Assembly: GCA_035530615.1 (NCBI GenBank)
Contig: DATKUL010000002.1
Coordinates: 948,322 to 1,012,321, forward strand
Direction: 5' to 3'
Source of the DNA: Minisyncoccota bacterium
GTDB lineage: Bacteria; Actinomycetota; Actinomycetes; Nanopelagicales; Nanopelagicaceae
DNA: 64,000 bases
The notes beneath the pieces were generated by a model, which was not told where the DNA came from, searched no databases, and saw only the letters and a list, made by a program, of their open reading frames with translations. Position numbers and translations under genes: made by a program. This document shows positions 46,862-56,593 of the stretch, piece after piece. Within the stretch, counting starts at the first letter, position 1. Each line of letters opens with the position of its first letter.

Positions 46862-48580
46862 TTAATAACCTTGCTCGAACCATCTTGATGTAATTGGCAA
46901 GCGACGATCCTTACCAAATGCCCTGGTAGAGACCTTTGTGCCCGGTGGATACTGGCGGCGCTTGTACTCCGCACGATCCACCAGCGAAATAACGCGCGAA
47001 ACTAGTGCAGGATCAAAGCCAGCAGCAATCAACGAGGATCCGCTTTCATCGCCCTCGACATAGCGAAGCAAAATGGAATCAAGTAGGTGGTATTCGGGTA
47101 GCGAATCAGAGTCCTTCTGTCCGGGTCGCAATTCCGCACTCGGCTCCTTCGCGATGGAGTTGCTGGGAATCGGAGCAATCTCTCCACGCACGAGAGCCTG
47201 CTCATTTCGCCACTTTGAAAGTGCCCATACATCCGTCTTGTAAATATCCTTAATGGGTGCGAAGGCACCAACTGCATCGCCATAGAGCGTGGAATATCCA
47301 ACCGCTAGCTCGCTCTTATTTCCCGTAGCAAGAACGAGGTGACCTTCCTGGTTGGAAAGACCCATCAATACAACGCCGCGGACTCTTGCCTGCAGATTCT
47401 CTTGCGCGATGCCCTCAAGTTTGACTGACTCGAGAAAAGCACTAACCATAGGTTCGATTTCAATAACTCGAAAGTGGAGCCCAGTGTTCTGGGCTATGGC
47501 ATGAGCATCATTCAGGGAGTGATCGGAAGAGTACTTACTGGGGAGCCCGACGCCATAAACATTCTCCGCGCCAATCGCATCAACTGCGATAGCTGCAACC
47601 AGGGCTGAATCTATCCCGCCCGAGAGGGCGATGATCACTGTCTTGAAATTATTCTTATGCACGTAATCGCGAACTCCAACTACCAGTGCTTGCCAGACTT
47701 CGGCGAGATCATCCAATCGAGGGGCGATCTCATTCAAAGATGTACTGCGACCTTGGATAACTTCATTGTGAATAACCAGATCAGGCTTTGAGGTATGGGG
47801 CTCCAATCCCAGATCAACGATGAGCAGATGATCTACAAAACGTGGTGCTCGTGCCAGAACCTTCCCGTGGTGGTCTACAACAATACTGTCGCCATCAAAG
47901 ACCAGATCATCCTGGCCGCCAGTCATATTCACATACGCCAGAGGAGCCCCGACCTCAATCGCCCGCTGCTTCACAAGAGCGAGTCGGACGTCATCCTTAT
48001 TCCGCTCGAATGGGCTTCCGTTTGGAACTACTAGAAGTCCAGGAGTTCGTGAAGCTAATTCCGCGACTGGGCCACCCTCTTGCCAGATGTCCTCGCAGAT
48101 CGCAATACCAACGTCAATTCCGTGCACGCGAACCACAAGAGATGAATCGCCAGGAACAAAATTCCGAAACTCATCAAAAACGCCGTAGTTAGGGAGATGG
48201 TGTTTTACATATCGAGCGCGGACTTTTCCACCCTGAATGATTGCCACCGCATTTTGTGGCGCACCCTCAGGTTGCCCCAATCGATTCGCCGCATTCGTCG
48301 CCTCATCTAGGTAGCCAAGAATGAGAGTTAAATCCTCGAACCCCTCATCTGCGCATTTCTGAGCGATCTCATCAATAACTCTCTTGCTCGCTGCTCGGAA
48401 TGCTGGCCGCAACGCTAGATCTTCCACTGGGTATCCAGTCACGGTCATCTCAGGGAAAACGACAACGTCGGCTCCGGATTGGTGGGCTCGGCCGACGTAA
48501 TTCAGTACCAGATCGGAATTGCCACTCAAGTCCCCCACAGTGGGATTAATCTGCGCAAGTGCCAATCTGAGTTGGGACAT
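46862..48580 (-). CDS. nadE: Glutamine-dependent NAD+ synthetase
   Basis: N-terminal CN-hydrolase domain (..VVFPEM..., ..ICEDIW..) plus the NAD synthase P-loop ALSGGIDSA. Confidence 0.95.
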   Translation of the reverse strand: MSQLRLALAQINPTVGDLSGNSDLVLNYVGRAHQSGADVVVFPEMTVTGYPVEDLALRPAFRAASKRVIDEIAQKCADEGFEDLTLILGYLDEATNAANRLGQPEGAPQNAVAIIQGGKVRARYVKHHLPNYGVFDEFRNFVPGDSSLVVRVHGIDVGIAICEDIWQEGGPVAELASRTPGLLVVPNGSPFERNKDDVRLALVKQRAIEVGAPLAYVNMTGGQDDLVFDGDSIVVDHHGKVLARAPRFVDHLLIVDLGLEPHTSKPDLVIHNEVIQGRSTSLNEIAPRLDDLAEVWQALVVGVRDYVHKNNFKTVIIALSGGIDSALVAAIAVDAIGAENVYGVGLPSKYSSDHSLNDAHAIAQNTGLHFRVIEIEPMVSAFLESVKLEGIAQENLQARVRGVVLMGLSNQEGHLVLATGNKSELAVGYSTLYGDAVGAFAPIKDIYKTDVWALSKWRNEQALVRGEIAPIPSNSIAKEPSAELRPGQKDSDSLPEYHLLDSILLRYVEGDESGSSLIAAGFDPALVSRVISLVDRAEYKRRQYPPGTKVSTRAFGKDRRLPITSRWFEQGY

Positions 48581-48661
48581 GACTTAAGAGTAACGGTGGC
48601 GATAGAGTAAACCTGAATTCCCAGGGACCTGATTCGCAGGCCTTGAGGTAGGAGGTCTCAT

Positions 48662-49480
48662 ATGTCTAATCAGAACCGCGTATTCGGAGATGGATCCCGT
48701 CGCATCACCATCCGAGATCTGGCAGAGGCAAAAAAATGCGGCAAAAAATGGCCAATGCTCACCGCCTACGAACAGATGAGCGCCGATATCTTTGATGAGG
48801 CGGGAATTCCGGTACTCCTTGTCGGAGATAGCGCAGGCAATAACTTTCTGGGTGAAGAGAACACCATCCCGGTTACCGTTGATGAAATGATTCCCCTCGT
48901 ACGGGCGGTGGTCCGAGCCTCACGTCGAGCCCTCGTTATTGCCGATCTCCCCTTTGGATCCTATGAGGCATCTCCCGAGCAGGCGCTTGCAACATCGGTG
49001 CGATTTTTTAAAGAGGGCGGCGCACATGCGGTGAAATTGGAAGGCGCTCAAATAGAACAAATTGCCAAACTCACCCAATCTGGGATTCCAGTAATGGGCC
49101 ACTTGGGACTAACGCCACAGTCTCTCCATCAACTTGGCGGATACCGAGTCCAGGGACGCGATGATGGAGAAACCATTCTTGAAGCAGCTCTTGCGCTCCA
49201 AAATGCGGGTGCATTTGCCATCGTCCTAGAACTGATCCCGGCGGATCTTGCAACCAGAATCACAAAAGCTCTCTCGATTCCAACGATTGGGATCGGAGCA
49301 GGAAATACTTGTGATGCGCAAGTACTCGTGTGGACGGATCTGATGGGACTCACAAAGAAACCACCTCGCCTTGCAAAGGCATACCTCAATTTGCGGGAAG
49401 AAATGCTGGCGGCAACTCGGGAGTGGGCTAATGACGTCATTCATGGAACTTTCCCGGGTCCCGAGCAGACATTCCTTTAA
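48662..49480 (+). CDS. panB: 3-methyl-2-oxobutanoate hydroxymethyltransferase
   Basis: AGGAGG SD. ..KWPMLTAYEQMSADIFDEAGIPVLLVGDSAGN.. and ..HAVKLEGA.. patterns. Confidence 0.95.
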   Translation: MSNQNRVFGDGSRRITIRDLAEAKKCGKKWPMLTAYEQMSADIFDEAGIPVLLVGDSAGNNFLGEENTIPVTVDEMIPLVRAVVRASRRALVIADLPFGSYEASPEQALATSVRFFKEGGAHAVKLEGAQIEQIAKLTQSGIPVMGHLGLTPQSLHQLGGYRVQGRDDGETILEAALALQNAGAFAIVLELIPADLATRITKALSIPTIGIGAGNTCDAQVLVWTDLMGLTKKPPRLAKAYLNLREEMLAATREWANDVIHGTFPGPEQTFL

Positions 49481-49761
49481 AGGAGATGACTCACTCCTAC
49501 CTGGCTGTGCTGTGCATGCCATCCAAGAAATAGAGAAGTGAAAATTCGAGAAATAAATGCACTAATCCGACAAAAGATTTCCGTAGGATCTACAAAAATG
49601 AAATCGAATATTTTCCGTGAAAGCACAAAAAAGTAAAAAAGTAATTCGCGACACGCACTTAAATATTTCTCACACAATGCTGGCAATATGCACCAACTAC
49701 TGACACGCTTATCCCTGAACAGGTCCGGTGACGGATCGGACCATTCCGATTGGAGAAGTAC

Positions 49762-50175
49762 GTGGCTGCAGCTAAGAAATCTGCTCCAAAGCGCAAGAAG
49801 GCCGCTGTGAAAGTAGCAGCGCCAAAGCGTCGCAAGAAGGCCGCTGCTAAGAAAGTAGCAGCACCAAAGCGCAAGAAGGCCGCCGTTAAGAAGGCAGCAC
49901 CAAAGCGCAAGAAGGCCGCTGCTAAGAAGGTTGTTGCCAAGAAGGCAGCACCAAAGCGCAAGAAGGCCGCTAAGAAGGTTGTTGCCAAGAAGGCAGCACC
50001 AAAGCGCAAGAAGGCCGCTAAGAAGGCTGTTGCCAAGAAGGCAGCACCAAAGCGCAAGAAGGCTGTTGCCAAGAAGGCAGCACCAAAGCGCAAGAAGGCC
50101 GCTAAGAAGGCTGTTGCTGCTCCTGCAGCTGCACCAAAGAAGCGTCGTCGCAAGAAGGCAGTTGCTGCCAAGTAA
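49762..50175 (+). CDS. Lys/Ala-rich histone-H1/AlgP-like repeat protein (putative nucleoid-associated)
   Basis: GTG 49762 is 5 nt after GGAGA (track start TTG 49750). The product is almost entirely AAPKRKKAA(A/V)KK(V)VAKK repeats (8 PKRKK units plus a PKKRRRKK variant). A strong terminator follows. Confidence 0.75.
   Translation: MAAAKKSAPKRKKAAVKVAAPKRRKKAAAKKVAAPKRKKAAVKKAAPKRKKAAAKKVVAKKAAPKRKKAAKKVVAKKAAPKRKKAAKKAVAKKAAPKRKKAVAKKAAPKRKKAAKKAVAAPAAAPKKRRRKKAVAAK
49780..50160 (+). repeat. Coding tandem repeat (39-48 bp units) of the Lys/Ala-rich gene
   Basis: For example, the 48-bp unit GTTGTTGCCAAGAAGGCAGCACCAAAGCGCAAGAAGGCCGCTAAGAAG occurs twice in direct succession (about 49930-50025), flanked by shorter variants. 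Confidence 0.9.
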
Positions 50176-50182
50176 CGACATT

Positions 50183-50217
50183 AAAAAAGACCCGCCACTT
50201 GTGGCGGGTCTTTTTTT
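50183..50217. terminator. Bidirectional intrinsic terminator
   Basis: AAAAAA-GACCCGCCA-CTTG-TGGCGGGTC-TTTTTTT, between the convergent histone-like gene and marR. Confidence 0.85.
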
Positions 50218-50251
50218 GTCTACTTTTTTGTCGGTCTATCTCGTAATATTT

Positions 50252-50737
50252 TTACTCTTCTGGATTTGCCCGCAGGGCAATCCCAACCTTTTCAAATATT
50301 TGGGCCAGGGCAATTTGATCGGCTTTGGTTAGGTGGTCAACGAACCGAGTACGGACACTTTCGACATGATCTGGAGCCGCCGCAACTATGGCTTTCCATC
50401 CTTTCGGGGTCATGACTGCGAAATATCCTCGTCTATCGGCGGGACAAGCTTCGCGCCTTATCCACCCGGCCTGCTCCATCACCTTCATGCGATGAGAAAG
50501 GCGAGAGCGAGAGAGCATGGCGATATCGGCCAATTCACTCATCCGCATTTTTCGCCCCGGCGCATCGCTGAGTTGGGCGAGGATTTCATAGTCGGGCAAA
50601 GATAGGTCGTGGCCGGCAAGATCGATATCTAGGGCTTCCAGAAGTCGTCGACTAGCGACGATGTAACTCCGCCACGCTCTCATTTCGACTGGATTGAGCC
50701 AGCGAGGAGGCGTTGACGTAGCGTTTTGACGTACCAT
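50252..50737 (-). CDS. MarR-family transcriptional regulator
   Basis: Winged-HTH pattern ...LPDYEILAQLSDAPGRKMRMSELADIAMLSRSRLSHRMKVMEQAGWIRRE.CPADRRG. The start is taken at MVRQNATS (50737). The track start is 50770. Confidence 0.85.
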   Translation of the reverse strand: MVRQNATSTPPRWLNPVEMRAWRSYIVASRRLLEALDIDLAGHDLSLPDYEILAQLSDAPGRKMRMSELADIAMLSRSRLSHRMKVMEQAGWIRREACPADRRGYFAVMTPKGWKAIVAAAPDHVESVRTRFVDHLTKADQIALAQIFEKVGIALRANPEE

Positions 50738-50756
50738 GTGGCAAGTGTAGCAAATA

Positions 50757-50772
50757 AGTTGAAATTTCAACT
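50757..50772. promoter_or_regulatory. Perfect 16-bp palindrome AGTTGAAATTTCAACT in the marR / M13-peptidase divergent region (candidate MarR operator)
   Basis: Perfect inverted repeat 20 nt upstream of the marR ATG and about 65 nt upstream of the peptidase start. Confidence 0.5.
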
Positions 50773-50837
50773 AGTTTTCTTCAAGATATGCGCGAGCCCT
50801 GCTGACCTATTAGTGACTTAAGTTTGACGAAAGAGAT

Positions 50838-52784
50838 GTGTTCATGAAAAGTGGAATTGATACCGCCTTTGTAGATTCAACCGTCCGGGTTCAAGATGAT
50901 CTTTTCCGTCATCTCAACGGCACCTGGCTCAAAACGCATGAGATACCAGATGATCGTGCATCAGATGGAGTCGGGTACAAACTCTACGAAGAGGCTGAAG
51001 CGCACGTTCGAGCAATTATTGAAGGTCCTGCCAGCGGAACTGATAGCCAGAAAATTAGCGACCTTTATTCCAGTTTCATAAATGCCGAACGTATCGAATC
51101 ACTAGGCGCATCCCCCATCGCTTCCTACCTAGCAAAGGTCGATCAAATCGAATCGTGCTCGGATTTTCTACGGACTCTGGGTGAGTTAGAACTGGATGGT
51201 TTCGGGGGTATCTTCGCCGCCGAAATTTCGACTGACCATATGGACTCTCTTTCAAACATTATCTATCTAAGTCAAGGCGGTCTCAGTCTGCCGGATGAGG
51301 CCTACTACCGAGAGGATCAATACGAACCAATCCGAGTCGCCTTCCTCGATCACGTAACGAAGATGTTTGGACTGATCGGAATAGAGAACGGACAGGAGCA
51401 CGCGAACCGAATCCTTGCCCTGGAAACCGAAATCGCACGTCACCACTGGGACCAGGTGCGAGATCGTGATGCCACCCTTACCTATAACAAATTCACTCGC
51501 TCCGAACTGGACTCCCTCTCCCCTGGGTTCGACTGGAAAGTTTGGATGGATGGCTGTGAAATGCCAACCTCCGGATTTGAAACCACGATTGTCCGAGAGC
51601 CAGATTTCTTTACCGGAATCGGTCAGCTGCTCTCCGTTTTCGACCGCGAATCCTGGTGCTCCTGGCTCAAGTGGCAAGTGATCAGCGGAGCTGCTCCCTA
51701 TTTGCACGATTGCCTCGTTCAACAAAATTTCTCGTTCTACGGAACCACCCTCTCTGGAACAGTTCAGATCCGTGCTCGATGGAAGCGGGCAGTCTCTGTC
51801 GTCGAAAGTGCTTTAGGTGATGGCGTTGGTCGGATCTATGTGGAACGCCACTTCCCACCGCAAGCAAAAACCGAAATGGAGGCCCTGGTCGCCAACTTAG
51901 TGATCGCATATAGCGAAAGCATCACCAACCTTTCCTGGATGAGTGAACCCACCAAGAAAAAGGCGCTGGAAAAGCTGGCCAAGTTCACTCCCAAAATCGG
52001 ATACCCGGAGAAATGGCGCGATTACGCGAAGTTGGTTATCTCCCCCGTTGATCTCATGGGGAATATGGCACGGATTGCTAGGTTCGCGCGCGATTACGAG
52101 TTGGCAAAAATCGGGGCACCAGTAGATCGGACCGAGTGGTACATGACCCCTCAAACGGTCAACGCCTATTACAACCCAGGAATGAATGAGATTGTCTTCC
52201 CTGCCGCCATTTTGCAGCCGCCATTTTTCGATATGGATGCGGATGATGCAGTCAATTACGGCGGAATAGGTGCAGTGATTGGCCACGAAATCGGACATGG
52301 CTTCGATGACCAGGGCTCTAAATACGACGGCGATGGGAATCTCAATGACTGGTGGACGCAGGCTGATCGAGATGAATTCGAAAAGCGGGCAAACGTATTA
52401 ATTGCTCAATACAACGCATTAGCGCCCGCAGAGGCCCCTGATATAACCGTAAATGGGGCTCTCACGGTAGGAGAGAACATCGGTGACCTCGGAGGGCTCA
52501 GCATCGCCTATAAAGCCTACAAATTGGCTTTAAAGGGTGAACCAGCCCCAGTGTTAGACGGATTCACAGGTGATCAACGCTTTTTTCTTGCCTGGGCACA
52601 AGCATGGAGAGGTAAAACTCGACCTGAGGCAGTTCGGCGGGAGATCGCTACAGATCCCCACTCTCCCCATGAATTCCGGACCAATCAGATCGTGCGAAAT
52701 ATGGCCGAGTTCTACACCGCATTTGGGGTTGTTGAAGGCGATGCTCTCTATTTAGCTCCACACGAAAGAGTGCAAATCTGGTAA
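50838..52784 (+). CDS. pepO: M13-family zinc metallopeptidase (PepO/neprilysin-like)
   Basis: VIGHEIGHGFDDQG (HExxH), ..GENIGDLGG.. (ExxxD region) and N-terminal M13 domain. An alternative ATG lies at 50844. Confidence 0.9.
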   Translation: MFMKSGIDTAFVDSTVRVQDDLFRHLNGTWLKTHEIPDDRASDGVGYKLYEEAEAHVRAIIEGPASGTDSQKISDLYSSFINAERIESLGASPIASYLAKVDQIESCSDFLRTLGELELDGFGGIFAAEISTDHMDSLSNIIYLSQGGLSLPDEAYYREDQYEPIRVAFLDHVTKMFGLIGIENGQEHANRILALETEIARHHWDQVRDRDATLTYNKFTRSELDSLSPGFDWKVWMDGCEMPTSGFETTIVREPDFFTGIGQLLSVFDRESWCSWLKWQVISGAAPYLHDCLVQQNFSFYGTTLSGTVQIRARWKRAVSVVESALGDGVGRIYVERHFPPQAKTEMEALVANLVIAYSESITNLSWMSEPTKKKALEKLAKFTPKIGYPEKWRDYAKLVISPVDLMGNMARIARFARDYELAKIGAPVDRTEWYMTPQTVNAYYNPGMNEIVFPAAILQPPFFDMDADDAVNYGGIGAVIGHEIGHGFDDQGSKYDGDGNLNDWWTQADRDEFEKRANVLIAQYNALAPAEAPDITVNGALTVGENIGDLGGLSIAYKAYKLALKGEPAPVLDGFTGDQRFFLAWAQAWRGKTRPEAVRREIATDPHSPHEFRTNQIVRNMAEFYTAFGVVEGDALYLAPHERVQIW

Positions 52785-52896
52785 AGGGAGTTGCCGCTAT
52801 TCGCTGTTAAGATTTATACATTCGCAATGCCCGACCCATTCCACAATAGAAGCCAGACGAGACCGAAAAACGGTCGGAAGAACTAAAGGAGTTTGT

Positions 52897-53406
52897 ATGA
52901 ATAAGACCCTGATCGCGGTCACTGTGATCGCCGGCCTCGCCCTGACCGGTTGCGGCAATACATCTGAACCAGTCGCCACCCCGACCGAGAGCGCCACTCC
53001 CTCTGCTACTCCCACAGTAAGCAACGCCTTTGGGTCCCCAATCACAGTAGGCGAGGGAATAACGGTAACCATTTCTAAGCCAACAACTTTTGTTCCGGGC
53101 ACGTTCGCCTCAAATTACCTCCCCGGCCAAGCCGCGAATGTCTTCACTGCGACCTTGAAAAACGAGAGTGGGTCAGAAATTGATCCATCAACCTTCTCAC
53201 TCGTTGCCAGTTCAGGAGCAAATACCTGTACTGACGTACTCGACGGAGATAACGGCATTAGCGGTGCGCCTACTGAGCCGATCGCCACTGCCAGTGAGGT
53301 TAGCTTCAAGTTTGCCATCGGCTGTGATGCAAAAAGTGGTCAACCTCTGCATATTGATGTCACCATCGGCTCCAACACCGCTGCTCTAGATGGGACAGTC
53401 GCCTAA
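52897..53406 (+). CDS. Lipoprotein (DUF4352-like Ig-fold)
   Basis: AAGGAG SD and the lipobox LALTGC. A Thr/Pro/Ser linker followed by a beta-rich domain. Confidence 0.7.
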   Translation: MNKTLIAVTVIAGLALTGCGNTSEPVATPTESATPSATPTVSNAFGSPITVGEGITVTISKPTTFVPGTFASNYLPGQAANVFTATLKNESGSEIDPSTFSLVASSGANTCTDVLDGDNGISGAPTEPIATASEVSFKFAIGCDAKSGQPLHIDVTIGSNTAALDGTVA

Positions 53407-53420
53407 ATCTAAGTAGTAAA

Positions 53421-53451
53421 AAGCCGGCCCTGGAAAATCCAGGGCCGGCTT
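53421..53451. terminator. Bidirectional intrinsic terminator (13-bp stem)
   Basis: AAGCCGGCCCTGG-AAAAT-CCAGGGCCGGCTT, with a flanking A-run and T-run, between convergent genes. Confidence 0.85.
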
Positions 53452-53471
53452 TTATATTGAATTAGAAATTA

Positions 53472-54455
53472 TTATGCGGGTTCAGGAAAGTGACAGGCCA
53501 GGCGATGATTTGGTGCGATCTGAATGAGGGCGGGGACTTCTGTGCGGCACTTGTCCTGAACTTTCCAGCAGCGGGTGTTAAAGACGCACCCGGAGGGCGG
53601 ATTCATCGGGCTGGGCAAATCGCCAGAAAGAATAATCCGCTCTCGCGAGCGACCCTTAATCGGATCCGGCACCGGAACGGCAGAGAGCAATGCCTTTGTA
53701 TACGGGTGACGCGGACTTAAGAAGAGATCTTTCTTATCCGCTTGCTCCATCACCTTGCCTAAATACATAACGACTACTCGATCTGAAATGTGCTGCACAA
53801 CCGATAGATCATGGGCAACGAAGAGGTACGCCAACCCAAATTCTTCCTGCAGGTCATCAAGGAGATTTACCACTTGCGCCTGAATCGAAACATCCAAGGC
53901 CGAAACGGGTTCGTCAGCCACGATTAATTTCGGCTTGAGGGCGATGGCGCGCGCGACTCCAATGCGCTGGCGTTGTCCACCCGAAAACTCATGCGGATAG
54001 CGGTTGACGTGTTCTGGGTTGAGACCCACTCGCTCCATGAGGCGCTCGACTTCTTTTTTGACACCCCCTGCAGGTTTAATTCCTTGAATATCAAAAGTGG
54101 CACCGATCAGAGTGCCCACTGTTTGACGCGGGTTGAGGGAGGCAAAGGGGTCCTGGAAAATCATCTGCATCTGCGCGCGCAGCGGTTTCATCTGCCGTCG
54201 GCTCAGATTGGTGATGTCCTGACCCTGGAAAATGATCTTTCCTTCGGTTGGTTCGTACAATTTAAGAACAGTTCGTCCTGCCGTCGTTTTGCCGCAGCCG
54301 GACTCGCCAACCAGGCCCACAGTCTCACCGGGGAGAATCTCCAGATCAATGCCGTCAACCGCCTTGACAGTGCCTTTCTTCTTATTAAAAAATCCACCAG
54401 AGGTAGAGTCGAAGTGCTTTTTCAAACCTTCTAGTTTGAGAATTGGCTCGGTCAC
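53472..54455 (-). CDS. Opp/Dpp-type peptide ABC transporter ATP-binding protein (F-type)
   Basis: Walker [18 protein letters not shown]-type signature ([14 protein letters not shown]), and the C-terminal oligopeptide-ATPase extension with Cys residues. GTG 54455 overlaps the upstream stop (GTGA). Confidence 0.9.
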   Translation of the reverse strand: MTEPILKLEGLKKHFDSTSGGFFNKKKGTVKAVDGIDLEILPGETVGLVGESGCGKTTAGRTVLKLYEPTEGKIIFQGQDITNLSRRQMKPLRAQMQMIFQDPFASLNPRQTVGTLIGATFDIQGIKPAGGVKKEVERLMERVGLNPEHVNRYPHEFSGGQRQRIGVARAIALKPKLIVADEPVSALDVSIQAQVVNLLDDLQEEFGLAYLFVAHDLSVVQHISDRVVVMYLGKVMEQADKKDLFLSPRHPYTKALLSAVPVPDPIKGRSRERIILSGDLPSPMNPPSGCVFNTRCWKVQDKCRTEVPALIQIAPNHRLACHFPEPA

Positions 54456-55483
54456 CCTTGGCCTCCCGCGGAAGTACGCGCCTTCACTAATTGCGCTTCG
54501 GTTAAGTGGCAACGGGAGAAATGTCCCGAAAGCTTCTCATCTAGGTCTGGCACCTGCGTCGCACACTTATTGTTGGGGACAAGTTCTGAATAGGTACAGC
54601 GCGTGCGGAAAGCACAACCGCGTGGAAGGGAAATCAATGATGGCGGTTGACCGGGAATCGCTTGTAAGCGCTTGCCCTCCAACTGATCGACACGAGGAAT
54701 CGAATTGAGCAGTCCGATTGTGTACGGGTGATCAGGCAGGTAATAAATATCGTCAATGGCGGATTGCTCGACAATCTTTCCTGCATACATAACACAGGCG
54801 CGATCGGCGACTTCTGCCACCACTCCTAAGTCGTGCGTAATCAGAATGACCGCCATATTGAACTCTGCTTGCATATCCTTGAGAAGTTTGAGGATCTGCG
54901 ATTGAACGGTCACATCAAGGGCGGTTGTTGGCTCATCCGCAATGAGCAAAGACGGATTATTAACCAGAGCCATTGCGATCATGACCCTCTGACGCATACC
55001 TCCCGAGAATTGATGCGGGAATTCTTTGACTCGCTTTGCGGCTCCCGGGATTCCGACCAAATCAAGCATCTCTACTGCTCGCTTGATTCCATCGGCTTTC
55101 GAGCCTTCATTATAAAGACCCCAGGCCTCGGCAATCTGATCGCCAATGGAGTAGTAAGGGTGAAGCGCCGACATGGGATCTTGGAAAATCATTGCCATCG
55201 ACTTGCCACGAAGTTTACGAACAACTTCCGGATTGGCAGAAATCGTGTCGATGGGTCCGGTCTCTAAATTCAAAATCGCCTGCCCTGAAATGTTGGTTGC
55301 ATTGCGGTTGTGCAGTCCCATGACCGCCAAACTAGTCACCGACTTACCGGATCCGGATTCACCGACAACTGCCAGTGTCTCACCGCGGGCCACGGTGAAC
55401 GAGATGTCGTTGGAGGCTTTGACCAAGCCATCCTGGGTCGGAAAGGAGACGGAGAGATTCTTTACCTCTAGAAAGGGCTTCAT
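54452..55483 (-). CDS. Opp/Dpp-type peptide ABC transporter ATP-binding protein (D-type)
   Basis: [35 protein letters not shown]. Confidence 0.9.
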   Translation of the reverse strand: MKPFLEVKNLSVSFPTQDGLVKASNDISFTVARGETLAVVGESGSGKSVTSLAVMGLHNRNATNISGQAILNLETGPIDTISANPEVVRKLRGKSMAMIFQDPMSALHPYYSIGDQIAEAWGLYNEGSKADGIKRAVEMLDLVGIPGAAKRVKEFPHQFSGGMRQRVMIAMALVNNPSLLIADEPTTALDVTVQSQILKLLKDMQAEFNMAVILITHDLGVVAEVADRACVMYAGKIVEQSAIDDIYYLPDHPYTIGLLNSIPRVDQLEGKRLQAIPGQPPSLISLPRGCAFRTRCTYSELVPNNKCATQVPDLDEKLSGHFSRCHLTEAQLVKARTSAGGQG

Positions 55484-56484
55484 CCAACACGCACCCTGGG
55501 GTCGATGTATGCGTATAAAATATCAACTACTAAGTTCATAACGACGACGAAAGTCGCCGCCAAAATTGTGGTCGAGACGATCACCGGCAGGTCATAATCA
55601 ATGAGCACGGCACGAAGTGAGAGCCGACCAAGGCCAGGAAGGTTGAAGATCTGCTCGGTAATGATCGCACCGCCAAGAAGTCCAGCGAAGTCCAGCCCAG
55701 CGATTGTCACAATTGGTGCCAGTGCGGCACGGAGTGTGTGCTTACGAAGGATCACCTTCTCGCTCAATCCTTTGGCACGTGCGGTGCGGATGTAATCTTC
55801 ACTTGAGGTTTCAATGACATTAGAACGAGTAAACCGCGTATAAGTGGCGGCAAATGCGAGAGCCAGAACGATCCACGGGAGATAGAAATTCTTGACCCAG
55901 CCGATCGGGTTGGTGAAGGGCGATACCCAACGCCCAGACTCAATTGGATTAATCATGCCCAGTCGTAGCGCTAGCAGGTAAATCAAAAGACCTGAGATAA
56001 AGGTTGGCAGTGAAATGCCGACGAGAACAAAAACAGTGCTTGCCTTGTCCTGCCATTTTCCCTGCCGCCGCGCCGCCAGAACACCAAGCGAGATTCCAAG
56101 TAAAAGCCAGAGAACAAATGCCCCAATAGCAAGACTGAAAGTGACTGGGAATGCCGACCTAATTAATGTCGTGACGCACTCATGCTTGTTAAACGAATAT
56201 CCAAAAGCTGGCGCCGAACATTCAATCTTGGCCGCACCATCTCCATATTCCCGCCCCACAAAAAGGCCCTTGACAAATCGACCGTACTGAACTTGCACCG
56301 GAACATCTAAGCCCAGGCGATGGCGATTGGCCTCAACGACGGGAACGGAGCAACCCTTTCCGCAGGTTAAACGGGCGGGGTCCATCGGGAGAAAAGCGAA
56401 AATTAAGAATACCGACATACTCACGAGAGTGATGACGACGACGGTTGCCGTCAATCGCTTAAGTACGAATTTAAACATTCTCAC
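55480..56484 (-). CDS. Opp/Dpp-type ABC transporter permease (B-type)
   Basis: 6 TM segments and an EAA loop (..YIRTARAKGLSEKVILRKHTLR..). Confidence 0.9.
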   Translation of the reverse strand: MRMFKFVLKRLTATVVVITLVSMSVFLIFAFLPMDPARLTCGKGCSVPVVEANRHRLGLDVPVQVQYGRFVKGLFVGREYGDGAAKIECSAPAFGYSFNKHECVTTLIRSAFPVTFSLAIGAFVLWLLLGISLGVLAARRQGKWQDKASTVFVLVGISLPTFISGLLIYLLALRLGMINPIESGRWVSPFTNPIGWVKNFYLPWIVLALAFAATYTRFTRSNVIETSSEDYIRTARAKGLSEKVILRKHTLRAALAPIVTIAGLDFAGLLGGAIITEQIFNLPGLGRLSLRAVLIDYDLPVIVSTTILAATFVVVMNLVVDILYAYIDPRVRVG

Positions 56485-56527
56485 CCTCTCGCTTAACCGT
56501 AGAACTTCTCAATAATACTTTGGCGTA

Positions 56528-56561
56528 GTTGAGGGTGGCTCTTAATGGAGCCACCCTCAAC
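56528..56561 (-). other. Intra-operon 14-bp perfect hairpin just downstream of the substrate-binding-protein gene
   Basis: GTTGAGGGTGGCTC-TTAATG-GAGCCACCCTCAAC lies between the SBP stop (56594) and the permease start (56484). A likely mRNA-stabilising or partial-terminator structure. Confidence 0.6.
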
Positions 56562-56593
56562 CAACGTTACCTAACTTTTCCTAACGATCCGAC

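Noticed and set aside
49780-50160. Possible CRISPR array or non-coding satellite, suggested by the regular 39-48 bp repeats. The same question applied to 6255-6497.
   Set aside because: The repeats are contiguous with no unique spacers and are in frame within well-supported ORFs. No cas genes or leader are present.
49477-50332. Long antisense or alternative-frame ORFs across the Lys/Ala repeat: 49477-50181(-), 49659-50171(-) and 49931-50332(+).
   Set aside because: They are repeat-driven open frames (Leu/Cys/Trp-rich or Arg/Gln-rich nonsense). Only the + frame from 49762 has an SD, sensible composition and the terminator immediately downstream.
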